Shown one piece after another: positions 55,613-64,000 of a stretch of DNA of 64,000 nucleotides; positions within the stretch are counted from its first letter, which is position 1, and the number at the start of each line of letters is the position of its first letter. Source of the DNA: an uncultured Clostridia bacterium (GTDB lineage Bacteria > Bacillota > Clostridia > Oscillospirales > UMGS1783); the NCBI GenBank assembly GCA_937991645.1, contig CALKPL010000025.1, forward strand, positions 6,734-70,733. The letters run 5' to 3'. A model generated the notes under the pieces. That model was not told where the DNA came from. It searched no databases and saw nothing but the letters and a program-made list of their open reading frames with translations. A program made the translations under genes and the position numbers.

Positions 55613-57574
55613 TTATCTAACCTTGGATCCCGGCGGGATCGTCCCGTCTACAAAGAGAACGCGTACGTCGTCTGCCGCCGCATCCGCAGCGAGGATCATA
55701 CCATTGCTTTCCACGCCGCGTAACTTGACCGGCTTGAGGTTTTCCACAAGGACGACGCTGCGTCCGATCAGGTCAGCAGGGGAGTACCACGCCGCAATCC
55801 CGGAGACAACCTGCCTCGGCGCGTCTGCGCCGCAGTCCACCATCAGGCGCAGAAGCTTGTCGCTCTTGGGTACGGGCTCGCACTCGAGGATTTTCGCAAC
55901 TACAAGATTGACCTTGGCAAAGTCGTCAATGTTGATGACGCCGGGCGCCGGTTCCGCCGCAGGCTCCTTTTTCTCCGCCTTCACAGGCGCGGTCTGCGCG
56001 TTTTCCTGCGCAGCTGCCGCGCGGGCCTGCTCCGCCTTTATGTCAATGCGCGGGAAGAGGGCGGAGCCGGGGACGACGGTGAGGCCTGCAGGCAGCAGGC
56101 CGAAGGTCTTGCTCGCGTCCCAGGCGGTAATCGCCGCGTCCACAGCTCCGATCTGGGCGAAGATGCGGGGCGCGGTGTCCGGCATAAAGGGTACGAGCAG
56201 AATGCCGGCAATGCGTAGAGATTCGCACAGATTGTACAGTACGCAGGCAAGGCGCGCCTTGTTTTCCGGGTCCTTGGCAAGCGTCCAGGGCATGGTTTCG
56301 TCAATATACTTATTGGCTCTTGACACGAGCTTCCAGATTTCGGCCAGGGCGTTGGAGAACAGGAGATTTTCCATGTTTTCCTCCACAGCCTGCGCCGTCT
56401 GCCGGGCAAGCTCGATGAGCGACTGGTCGAGCGGCTGCGCGGTGTGTTCAGCCGGCAGCGTGCCGCCAAAGTATTTCTGGACCATGGCGACGCTGCGCGA
56501 GAGCAGGTTGCCGAGGTCGTTGGCAAGATCGGCGTTGATACGGTTAATCAGCGCTTCGTTGGAGTATACGCCGTCGCTTCCAAAGGGGATTTCGCGCAGC
56601 AGAAAATAGCGGATGGCATCCACGCCGTAGCGCTCGCACAGTACGGTGGGATCGACGACGTTGCCGAAGGATTTGGACATCTTGCCGCCGTCGAGAAGCA
56701 GCCAGCCGTGGCCGAACACTTTTTTCGGCAGCGGCAGGTCGAGCGACATGAGCATGGCTGGCCAGATGATCGTGTGGAACCGGACGATCTCCTTGCCTAC
56801 AAGGTGCACGTCGCAAGGCCAGTATCTGTCGAAGTCGTCGTACGCGTCGTTTCCGTAACCGAGCGCAGTGATATAGTTGGAGAGCGCGTCAACCCATACA
56901 TAAACGACGTGCTTCTCGTCAAAGCTGACAGGGATGCCCCAATCGAAAGACGTGCGGGACACGCAGAGGTCCTCCAGGCCGGGCTTCAAAAAGTTATTGA
57001 TCATTTCGTTGAGCCTGGACTGGGGCTGAACAAAGTCCGGATGGGCCGCATAGTACTCCATCAGTTTGTCCTGATATGCTGAAAGCCGGAAGAAATAAGC
57101 CTCTTCCTTTGTCTTCTCCACCGGCCGTCCGCAGTCGGGGCATTTGCCGTCCACCGCCTGCGTTTCGGTCCAGAAGGACTCGCAGGGCGCGCAGTACAGC
57201 CCTTCGTATTCGCCCTTGTAAATGTCGCCTTTGTCGTACATGGCCTTAAAGATTTTCTGGATACTCTCTACATGGTAAGGGTCCGTAGTACGGATAAAAC
57301 GGTCGTTGCTTATGTTGAGGGTGCGCCAAAGGTCTTTGATGGTGGCGACGATATCGTCCACATACTGCTGCGGCGTCACGCCCTTTTCTTCGGCTTTCCG
57401 CTGTATTTTCTGACCGTGCTCGTCCGTACCGGTCAGGAACATCACGTCGAACCCGCGCGCACGCTTGTAGCGCGCCATGGCGTCGGCCGCGACAGTCGTG
57501 TATGAATGCCCGATATGCAGTTTGTCAGAGGGGTAGTAAATCGGTGTGGTGATATAAAACGTCTTTTCTTTCAT
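55613..57574 (-). CDS. metG: Methionine--tRNA ligase (with a C-terminal tRNA-binding domain)
   Basis: 653 aa with HIGH-type PSDKLHIGH, KMSKS and a zinc knuckle CPDCG. The C-terminal EMAP-like domain has VAKILECEPVPKSDKLL. Confidence 0.97.
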   Translation of the reverse strand: MKEKTFYITTPIYYPSDKLHIGHSYTTVAADAMARYKRARGFDVMFLTGTDEHGQKIQRKAEEKGVTPQQYVDDIVATIKDLWRTLNISNDRFIRTTDPYHVESIQKIFKAMYDKGDIYKGEYEGLYCAPCESFWTETQAVDGKCPDCGRPVEKTKEEAYFFRLSAYQDKLMEYYAAHPDFVQPQSRLNEMINNFLKPGLEDLCVSRTSFDWGIPVSFDEKHVVYVWVDALSNYITALGYGNDAYDDFDRYWPCDVHLVGKEIVRFHTIIWPAMLMSLDLPLPKKVFGHGWLLLDGGKMSKSFGNVVDPTVLCERYGVDAIRYFLLREIPFGSDGVYSNEALINRINADLANDLGNLLSRSVAMVQKYFGGTLPAEHTAQPLDQSLIELARQTAQAVEENMENLLFSNALAEIWKLVSRANKYIDETMPWTLAKDPENKARLACVLYNLCESLRIAGILLVPFMPDTAPRIFAQIGAVDAAITAWDASKTFGLLPAGLTVVPGSALFPRIDIKAEQARAAAAQENAQTAPVKAEKKEPAAEPAPGVINIDDFAKVNLVVAKILECEPVPKSDKLLRLMVDCGADAPRQVVSGIAAWYSPADLIGRSVVLVENLKPVKLRGVESNGMILAADAAADDVRVLFVDGTIPPGSKVR

Positions 57575-57855
57575 CTTCTAACCGCCTTCAAATAAGTCTA
57601 TATTACATTATATTATACCAAGAACCGCTTTTCAATGTATTTCCGCCTATAAAAAAATTTCATACTATTCCTGCTTTTAATTGTAAAACTATATATTATA
57701 ATTCGTGCAGATTGATGAAGATATTCGGCAATTGAAATATTGTTGAGAATATGATAAGATACTTTTTAATAAGGCGCAGGCTCGGGACAGGCAGTTTTGC
57801 GCCTGCGCAGGGATATGCCCTGCGATCCACTGCCGCAATGCGCGGAGGAAATACT

Positions 57856-59628
57856 ATGCCACTCAATATCTTTCAAAACATTATAGACTGGTTTAAGAAC
57901 CCGGTGGAGCAGGCCGCGGGCGGACCCGATCCGCGGCTGGCCGCCGCCGTGACCTTTTTGTCGCGCTGGCTGCTGCCGCTGCTTGCGATTATTATCATAG
58001 TGCGAATCTCCATATCCCTGCTCAAATGGCGGCGCGAGCCCGAGGTGTGGGGCCATATCGCGCTGCCCGGCGGGATCATGCTGCCCATCAACCACTGGGA
58101 AAACCTGATCGGCCGCGCAAAGGGTGCGGATATCCTGATCAATTATCCCTCCGTGTCGCGCAGCCACGCCGTGCTCGTCCGGGAGGACGATGGAAGCTGG
58201 ACGATCACCGACCTGCATTCCAAAACGGGCATGAAAATTAACGGGGAGGACGTAACCGGCAGCCGGAAGCTCGGCTACAGCGATAAATTATCGCTCGGCG
58301 GCGTCGATATGCGGCTGATTCCGGCCAGCGCCGAAGATCGCAAGGAGGGGGCGTTTTACCGGACGAAGCCCGGCTCCAGAATCCGACCCTTCAGTACGTT
58401 TCTGCTGCTCACCCTGTTCCAGCTTGTTACGGCCGCCGCGCTTGTGGTGAACGTGGAGTCTGACGCGTTGATCCGGATCCCCATTGCGTTTTTCGTCCTC
58501 TGCGCTGTGATGTGGGCCTATTATCTCGTCATCCGTACGCTGCGCAGGACGGGTTTTGAAGTGGAATCCATCGCCTTTTTTCTGTCCACAATCGGCTTTG
58601 CCGTCATCGCATCGTCCGACCCGTCCGCGCTGTATAAACAGCTCGCCGCGTTCGGGATCGGCCTTGCCGTGTTCATCGTGCTCGGCTGGCTGCTGCGGGA
58701 CCTGGGCCGTTCGGTAAAGCTGCGCTGGTTTATGGCGGCCGGCGCGCTCGGCCTGCTGGCGCTTACCCTGCTGTTCGGCAGGGAGGTATACGGCGCAAAA
58801 AACTGGATTTTTATCGGCCCGCTTTCCGTACAGCCCTCCGAGATTGCAAAAATCGCGTTCGTATACGCAGGCGCGGCGACACTGGACAGGCTTATGATGA
58901 AGCGGAACCTGTGGATGTTCCTGTTGCTGTCCGCCGGCTGTATCGGCATGCTCGCGCTGATGAACGACTTTGGTACCGCGGCGATATTCTTTGTCACCTT
59001 TGTCGTCATCGCGTTTTTGCGCTCGGGCGATTTTTCCGCTATCCTGCTGTCGGGCGCGGGCGCGGGCCTGTTCGGGTTTCTGGTCTTTAAATTCAAGCCG
59101 TATGTGCTCAACCGGTTCCGGGCATGGCGGAAGGTATGGGACTACGCCGCGACGCTCGGCTACCAGCAGACCCGCACCCTGACCTATGCCGCCAGCGGTG
59201 GCCTGCTCGGCGTGGGACTTGGAAACGGCTGGCTCAAGCATGTAGCCGCAGCGGATACAGATCTCGTATTCGGCTTCCTGTGCGAGGAGTGGGGTCTGCT
59301 TGTCGCGCTCTGCGCCGTTGTCGCAATCATCGTGCTCGCGGTATTCTGCGTCAAGTCCGCAGGTCAAGGACGGTCGTCCTTTTTCGTCATTTCGGCCTGC
59401 GCCGCCATGTGTATGCTCACGGTGCAGACAATGCTCAACGTATTTGGTTCAGTGGATATACTTCCCCTGACCGGCGTTACGTTCCCGTTCGTATCCAATG
59501 GCGGTTCGAGCATGATCTCAAGCTGGGGGCTGCTCGCCTTTGTAAAAGCGGCGGATACGCGCCAGAATGCGAGTTTCGCCATCAGGCTTGAAAAACGGGT
59601 GAAAGGGAAGGGGGCCGGCGGCGCATGA
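57856..59628 (+). CDS. FHA-domain / SEDS (FtsW-RodA-SpoVE family) fusion protein
   Basis: N-terminal hydrophobic helix and an FHA-like segment (LIGRAKGADILINYPSVSRSHAVLVRE..WTITDL.SKTGMKINGE). This is followed by a polytopic SEDS core (NWIFIGPLSVQPSEIAKI, PFVSNGGSS). GGAGGA lies upstream of the ATG at 57856. Confidence 0.88.
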   Translation: MPLNIFQNIIDWFKNPVEQAAGGPDPRLAAAVTFLSRWLLPLLAIIIIVRISISLLKWRREPEVWGHIALPGGIMLPINHWENLIGRAKGADILINYPSVSRSHAVLVREDDGSWTITDLHSKTGMKINGEDVTGSRKLGYSDKLSLGGVDMRLIPASAEDRKEGAFYRTKPGSRIRPFSTFLLLTLFQLVTAAALVVNVESDALIRIPIAFFVLCAVMWAYYLVIRTLRRTGFEVESIAFFLSTIGFAVIASSDPSALYKQLAAFGIGLAVFIVLGWLLRDLGRSVKLRWFMAAGALGLLALTLLFGREVYGAKNWIFIGPLSVQPSEIAKIAFVYAGAATLDRLMMKRNLWMFLLLSAGCIGMLALMNDFGTAAIFFVTFVVIAFLRSGDFSAILLSGAGAGLFGFLVFKFKPYVLNRFRAWRKVWDYAATLGYQQTRTLTYAASGGLLGVGLGNGWLKHVAAADTDLVFGFLCEEWGLLVALCAVVAIIVLAVFCVKSAGQGRSSFFVISACAAMCMLTVQTMLNVFGSVDILPLTGVTFPFVSNGGSSMISSWGLLAFVKAADTRQNASFAIRLEKRVKGKGAGGA

Positions 59629-60998
59629 ACAAGGTGTTTAAACGCACGCTGCTTGTCGTCGTATTTTCCGCGGCGCTGCTCGCCGGTATTCTGTTTTTCC
59701 TGTATGAATATCTGACGGACGGGCCGACATGGGTCCGGTTCTATGCAAACGCACATATCTATGCAAACGGCGACCTCAACACAGGCCGGATTGTCGACCG
59801 TCAAGGCGCGCTGCTGGTGGAGACGGATAACGGTGTGCGCCGGTTCAATGACAGTGCGGCCGTGCGCAGGGCTACCATGCACGCAGTGGGCGATATCGGC
59901 GGCAATGTGGCGACCGGCGTTTATAAAAACTATGCGGACAAGCTCGTCGGGTACGACCTGCTCAACGGCGTATACAACTTTGCCGGCGAGGGTACGACGC
60001 TGACGCTCAGTCTCGATGCAGAGCTGTGCGCAACCGCGCTGGAAGCGCTGGGCGGCTACAAGGGCACCGTCGGGGTCTATAATTACAAGACGGGGGAGAT
60101 CCTATGCATGATCAGCGCTCCCACATTCGACATCGCAGACCCGCCCGAGTTGCCGGAAGCGCCGGATGACGCATGGGACGGCGTGTATATCAACCGCTTT
60201 GTATCCAGTTCCTACCCGCCCGGTTCGATTTTTAAGCTCATAACGGCCCAGGCCGCAATCGACGAAATCCCGGATATCCACAGCCGGACGTTTACCTGCG
60301 AGGGCAGTATTGAACTGCCGGGCGGCGAAATCCGCTGCAGCGGCGTGCACGGTGAGATCGGCTTCGACGAGGCGCTGGCCTATTCCTGTAACGTGGCGTT
60401 TGCCGAGATCGCCGTCGAACTCGGCGGGCCGACGCTGACCCACTACGCCGAAAAGGCGGGCGTGACCGATTCGTTCACTTTCAGCCGGATGACGACGGCA
60501 AAAGGAAACTTCGACGTTGCGGATACAACGGATTCCGAGCTTGCCTGGGCCGGAATCGGCCAGTATACCGACCTTGTCAATCCGTGCGGGTTTATGATAT
60601 ATATGGGTGCGGTCGCCAACGACGGCGTGGCCGTATACCCGTCGCTCGTTGAGAAAACGACAAATGCAATCGGCTTGTCTTTCCCGCTCGGCGATCCCAA
60701 AAATGCCACCCGGCTGATGTCGTCCGCCACGGCGCGCGAGCTGAAGCGAATGATGCGCAATAATGTAGAGTCCTATTACGGGCAGGAGAATTTTCCCAAT
60801 CTGCAGATCTGTGCCAAGTCCGGCACGGCAGAGCTGAGCGGCGGCAGCGAACCGCACTCGGTATTCGCAGGATTTTTGGACGACAGCGAACATCCGTACG
60901 CCTTTATCGTGATCGCGGAAAACGCCGGCGCGGGCCGGGGCGTCGCGGGCAGCGTCGCGAATGCGGTGCTGCAGAAAGCGGTTATGCTTGCGGACTGA
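59625..60998 (+). CDS. Class B penicillin-binding protein (transpeptidase)
   Basis: 457 aa with an N-terminal TM helix, SIFK (SxxK), SCN (SxN) and KSGT (KTG-type). There is an ATGA overlap with the SEDS gene. Confidence 0.92.
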   Translation: MNKVFKRTLLVVVFSAALLAGILFFLYEYLTDGPTWVRFYANAHIYANGDLNTGRIVDRQGALLVETDNGVRRFNDSAAVRRATMHAVGDIGGNVATGVYKNYADKLVGYDLLNGVYNFAGEGTTLTLSLDAELCATALEALGGYKGTVGVYNYKTGEILCMISAPTFDIADPPELPEAPDDAWDGVYINRFVSSSYPPGSIFKLITAQAAIDEIPDIHSRTFTCEGSIELPGGEIRCSGVHGEIGFDEALAYSCNVAFAEIAVELGGPTLTHYAEKAGVTDSFTFSRMTTAKGNFDVADTTDSELAWAGIGQYTDLVNPCGFMIYMGAVANDGVAVYPSLVEKTTNAIGLSFPLGDPKNATRLMSSATARELKRMMRNNVESYYGQENFPNLQICAKSGTAELSGGSEPHSVFAGFLDDSEHPYAFIVIAENAGAGRGVAGSVANAVLQKAVMLAD

Positions 60999-61003
60999 AA
61001 ACA

Positions 61004-61037
61004 AGGAAGCATTGTACGGCAATGCTTCCTGTTTTTT
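61004..61037 (+). terminator. Intrinsic terminator after the PBP gene
   Basis: AGGAAGCATTG / CAATGCTTCCT stem followed by T6. A second hairpin at 61055-61085 probably serves convergent abrB. Confidence 0.8.
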
Positions 61038-61093
61038 ATATCTTTTCAAGTAATAAGGAGGAGCGGGCCTGCGGCCATGCTCCTCCTGCTTTT

Positions 61094-61339
61094 TTAGCGC
61101 TGCAGTTCGTGTATGCAGTTCTTACATACTCGTTTTCCATGGAAGATGACAATATCATCCGCGCGCGCATTGTCGCAGAAAATACAGCCCGACTGGTATT
61201 TTTTGAGTATGATACTGTCGTCATCCACATATATTTCCAATGGATCTTTTTGATTGATGCCCATCTTTTTACGGATTTCGATCGGTAGCACAATACGGCC
61301 CAATTCATCAACCTGACGGACAATACCTGTAGCCTTCAT
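61094..61339 (-). CDS. abrB: AbrB-family transition-state regulator with a Cys4 C-terminus
   Basis: MKATGIVRQVDELGRIVLPIEIRKKMGI...LEIYVDDDSIILKKY (SpoVT-AbrB domain), then CIFC-x16-CKNC. Confidence 0.9.
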   Translation of the reverse strand: MKATGIVRQVDELGRIVLPIEIRKKMGINQKDPLEIYVDDDSIILKKYQSGCIFCDNARADDIVIFHGKRVCKNCIHELQR

Positions 61340-61447
61340 ACCCATAATCCCCTCTTTAAATTTATTGTATACTAATCATAGCATGATTAGAAAAAAATGT
61401 CAATACATTATTTGTAAAATTTGTATATATGAGGAGTTTTTTGCGAG

Positions 61448-62020
61448 ATGCTGTCGTATATCGTTGCTTTCTTGATTATTTTGGCGGCCGCGGTCGCCGT
61501 TGCGACCGGGAACGGTCTGTCTGTAACGGACGCCGCGCTTTCCGGCGGCGTGCAGGCGGTTGAGCTGTGCCTGAAGATCGGAGGGATCATTGCGATGTGG
61601 TCGGGCGTAATGCGCGTTGCGGAAAAGGCGGGGATTATAGATGCGCTGGCAAAGCTGTTTTCACCGATTACGCGCCTGCTGTTCCGTACGAAAGACCATC
61701 AGGCCAGAAAACATATCACAACGAATATGGTGGCAAATTTCCTTGGCCTTGGAAACGCCGCGACGCCGTCGGGAATCGAGGCGATGCGGAGGATGAACGC
61801 GCTCAACGGCAACCGCGCGGTCGCGACGAAGGACATGGTAATTTTCACAGTGCTGAATACGGCTTCCATCCAGTTTATCCCGACGAATATTGCCGCGTTC
61901 CGCGCCGCAGCCGGCGCGGCGCAGCCCATGGATATTCTGCCCTGTATCTGGGTCACGTCGCTGTTCGCCGCCGTTTCAGGGATCTTGGTGGCAAACCTGC
62001 TGACGAGCGGGAGGTCCTGA
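61448..62020 (+). CDS. spmA: Spore maturation protein A (nucleoside-recognition domain)
   Basis: 190 aa membrane protein with a NFLGLGNAATPSGIEAM motif, paired with spmB. Confidence 0.85.
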   Translation: MLSYIVAFLIILAAAVAVATGNGLSVTDAALSGGVQAVELCLKIGGIIAMWSGVMRVAEKAGIIDALAKLFSPITRLLFRTKDHQARKHITTNMVANFLGLGNAATPSGIEAMRRMNALNGNRAVATKDMVIFTVLNTASIQFIPTNIAAFRAAAGAAQPMDILPCIWVTSLFAAVSGILVANLLTSGRS

Positions 62021-62021
62021 C

Positions 62022-62537
62022 ATGGGCGTGTTCAACTACACAATTCCCGTCCTGATGGCGGCGGTATTCATCGTGGCCCTTGTCCGGAAAGTCAATATTT
62101 TTGAGGAATTCATTGCAGGGGTGGGGGACGGATTTAAGATTGTGTTGAAGATCGCGCCGGTACTCGTAGCGCTGCTGACGGCCATAGCGATGTTCCGCGC
62201 CTCGGGCGGGATGGATTTTCTCAATGCGGGCATGCGCCCTGTCGCAAGGCTCCTGTCTATCCCGGAGGAGCTGATGACGCTTGCCGTCATGCGCCCGCTC
62301 TCCGGTTCCGGTTCAATGGCGCTACTCAACGACTACCTTGTCCAGTACGGACCGGATTCCGAAATCGGCAGGATGGCGAGCGTGCTGGCCGCCTCCACTG
62401 AGACGACGTTTTACACGCTGACCGTATACATGGGCAGCGCGGGCATTAAAAAGACGGGACGGGCGCTGCCCGCCGCCGTCTTTGCCGACCTGTGTGCTAT
62501 TTTCGGCGCAGTCATCACCGTCCGTCTGTTTTTATAG
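62022..62537 (+). CDS. spmB: Spore maturation protein B
   Basis: 171 aa membrane protein with MRPLSGSGSMAL and TETTFYTLTVY motifs. It starts 1 nt after the spmA stop. Confidence 0.85.
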   Translation: MGVFNYTIPVLMAAVFIVALVRKVNIFEEFIAGVGDGFKIVLKIAPVLVALLTAIAMFRASGGMDFLNAGMRPVARLLSIPEELMTLAVMRPLSGSGSMALLNDYLVQYGPDSEIGRMASVLAASTETTFYTLTVYMGSAGIKKTGRALPAAVFADLCAIFGAVITVRLFL

Positions 62538-63977
62538 CTGGTCCTCCGCCAGGGGCAGGGCGAACCAGAACTGGCTGCCCACGCCCACTTGGCTGTCAAC
62601 TCCGTACCACGCGCCGTGCTGTTCTATGATTTCCTTGACAATGGAAAGGCCGAGCCCCGTCCCGATTTTGGCGCGTTTGTGCGTTTTGTCAAGTTTGTAG
62701 TAGCGGTCCCATATCATACCCAGCTTTTCAGGCGGTATGCCCTCGCCGGTGTCGATCACATCGACGCGCACGGCGTTTTTGGCACGCCGGACGCGTATGG
62801 TAATTTTTTTGTCCTCGCCCGTATAGGCGATGGCGTTGTTGAGCAGGTTATACAGCACCTGTGTGATTTTGATCTTGTCGGCGTATACATAGTAATCGCC
62901 GTCGGCGCGCAGGTTGATGGTGTAGCCGTCCTGCTCGGTAAATTTTTTGTATCGGCCCAGGATTTCCCGCACCGCGTCGGTTAAGTTGAACCTGGACAGG
63001 TTCAGCTCCATATTTCCCGCCTGGTAATTTGAAATATCCAGCACATCGTTTACAAGGTCGGTCAGGCGCTTGGATTCGTTGACGATAATTTGAAGGTTTT
63101 CCGGCGTGTTCTCAGCCGGGATATCCTGCATGACCTCTGCATAGCCCGCAATGAGAGTGAGGGGCGTGCGCAGGTCGTGCGACACGTTCGCGATCAGATC
63201 GCGCCGGTACTCGTCGACCTTGGACAGCTCCTGCGCCGCATAGCGCAGCGTGTCGGACAGCTCGGCGATTTCCCGGTAGCCGCCGCCGGTAAAGTCTGCG
63301 TTGTAGTTGCCGGTTGCAAGTACCTTTGCGCTGTCATTGAGCTTTACAATAGGCTTAGCAATGACGCGCGAAAGGACGAACGCGAGCACCGCCGCAACAA
63401 AGATGAGCACGACAGTGATGATGGATAGCACCGATGTGAGCGTCTGTATGGTCGCGGCCACCGGCGTGACGAAGGCGTTGAGCAGGATGACCATATTGTC
63501 GCCCGCCGCATTCTGCGTCACAAGCACGTAAATGAGGCTGTCGTATGTACGGGGGATGTTGACGTAACCCTGCGCACTCAGAAAGTCGTTGAGGTTCAGG
63601 GTGACGTAGTAGGAACCGCCGTTTTCCGTTGCGAGCCGGTAAAGGCCTGAAATGTAGCTGAGCGGCAGGTTGTGCAGCAGACAGCCGGGTTCGGTATGGC
63701 TGCGCAGTACGGGCGTCGTATACCTGTCGTTATAGATGTCAATGCACATTTCGCCGGCCTGGCCCATATCCAGAACCTGCTGTTCCAGGTCATCGCTGTC
63801 TATGTTCTGCGCGATCAGTTTCGCATTCGTCTTAATACTGTGTATTTTTGTCACCCGGTACACATCCTCCAGAAATCCGATCTGGAAGACCCAGAGCAGA
63901 ACGAGCATGAGCGCGGTGAAACCAGCGAAATAGGCGAATACCTTCCACTTTACGCTGAGCTTGCGTTTACCCTTCAA
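62532..63977 (-). CDS. Sensor histidine kinase (HAMP-HisKA-HATPase)
   Basis: 481 aa with two TM helices, H-box NVSHDLRTPLT, N-box LLNNAIAYT and G-boxes DTGEGI and GTGLGLSIV. TTG start. Confidence 0.93.
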   Translation of the reverse strand: MKGKRKLSVKWKVFAYFAGFTALMLVLLWVFQIGFLEDVYRVTKIHSIKTNAKLIAQNIDSDDLEQQVLDMGQAGEMCIDIYNDRYTTPVLRSHTEPGCLLHNLPLSYISGLYRLATENGGSYYVTLNLNDFLSAQGYVNIPRTYDSLIYVLVTQNAAGDNMVILLNAFVTPVAATIQTLTSVLSIITVVLIFVAAVLAFVLSRVIAKPIVKLNDSAKVLATGNYNADFTGGGYREIAELSDTLRYAAQELSKVDEYRRDLIANVSHDLRTPLTLIAGYAEVMQDIPAENTPENLQIIVNESKRLTDLVNDVLDISNYQAGNMELNLSRFNLTDAVREILGRYKKFTEQDGYTINLRADGDYYVYADKIKITQVLYNLLNNAIAYTGEDKKITIRVRRAKNAVRVDVIDTGEGIPPEKLGMIWDRYYKLDKTHKRAKIGTGLGLSIVKEIIEQHGAWYGVDSQVGVGSQFWFALPLAEDQL

Positions 63978-64000
63978 ATCTGTACCCCATTCCTCTGAGC
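63967..64000 (-). CDS. OmpR-family response regulator, extreme C-terminus only (rest lies outside the window)
   Basis: The minus-strand frame reads ...LRGMGYRFEG-stop, the typical winged-helix end. The stop overlaps the kinase start by 11 nt. Confidence 0.5.
   Translation of the reverse strand, partial: LRGMGYRFEG

Noticed and set aside
1-64000. Looked for CRISPR arrays, tRNA or rRNA genes, IS elements, integrases, phage genes, toxin-antitoxin pairs and known defence-system hallmarks
   Set aside because: I saw no regularly spaced direct repeats, no tRNA-like T-arm or acceptor motifs, and no transposase, integrase, nuclease-helicase or similar ORFs. Absence is judged by eye only.

Overview
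This looks like a chromosomal segment from a high-GC, spore-forming Firmicute of class Clostridia. An order-level guess of Oscillospirales cannot be verified from the sequence alone. I support about 62 protein genes, and nearly all are housekeeping genes in familiar operons.

Main gene groups, in order along the window:
- comF (3-prime part), mreB and thiN
- a GldG/DUF4340-type ABC-2 exporter
- scpA-scpB followed by a ytfI/ytfJ-like sporulation pair
- typA, dfx-trxA, murC, spoVG, ackA, tmcAL and efp
- T-box-controlled alaS
- an ACT-hom-aspartate kinase operon
- rpmG-secE-nusG-rplKAJL with an L10 leader
- CIRCE-controlled hrcA-grpE-dnaK-dnaJ
- DUF1015-ROK-deoC
- metG-tatD-radical SAM
- an FHA-SEDS fusion with its class B PBP
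- abrB, spmA-spmB and a two-component pair at the right edge

The one stretch that looks accessory is about 45.4-54.2 kb. It holds exported flavodoxin-fold, cyclophilin-like and DUF362-like lipoproteins, a His-rich membrane protein, two aldo/keto reductases and a permease. Unusually long unassigned spacers separate these genes. My best candidate for an undescribed system is the five-gene predicted cell-surface redox cluster at 45660-49670. That call is an inference from signal peptides and family motifs only.

I saw no rRNA or tRNA genes, CRISPR arrays, transposases, integrases, phage genes or recognisable defence genes. Many very long ORFs in the supplied track are antisense shadows of real genes in GC-rich DNA, and I rejected them. 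All family assignments come from motif recognition by eye. No searches were run.
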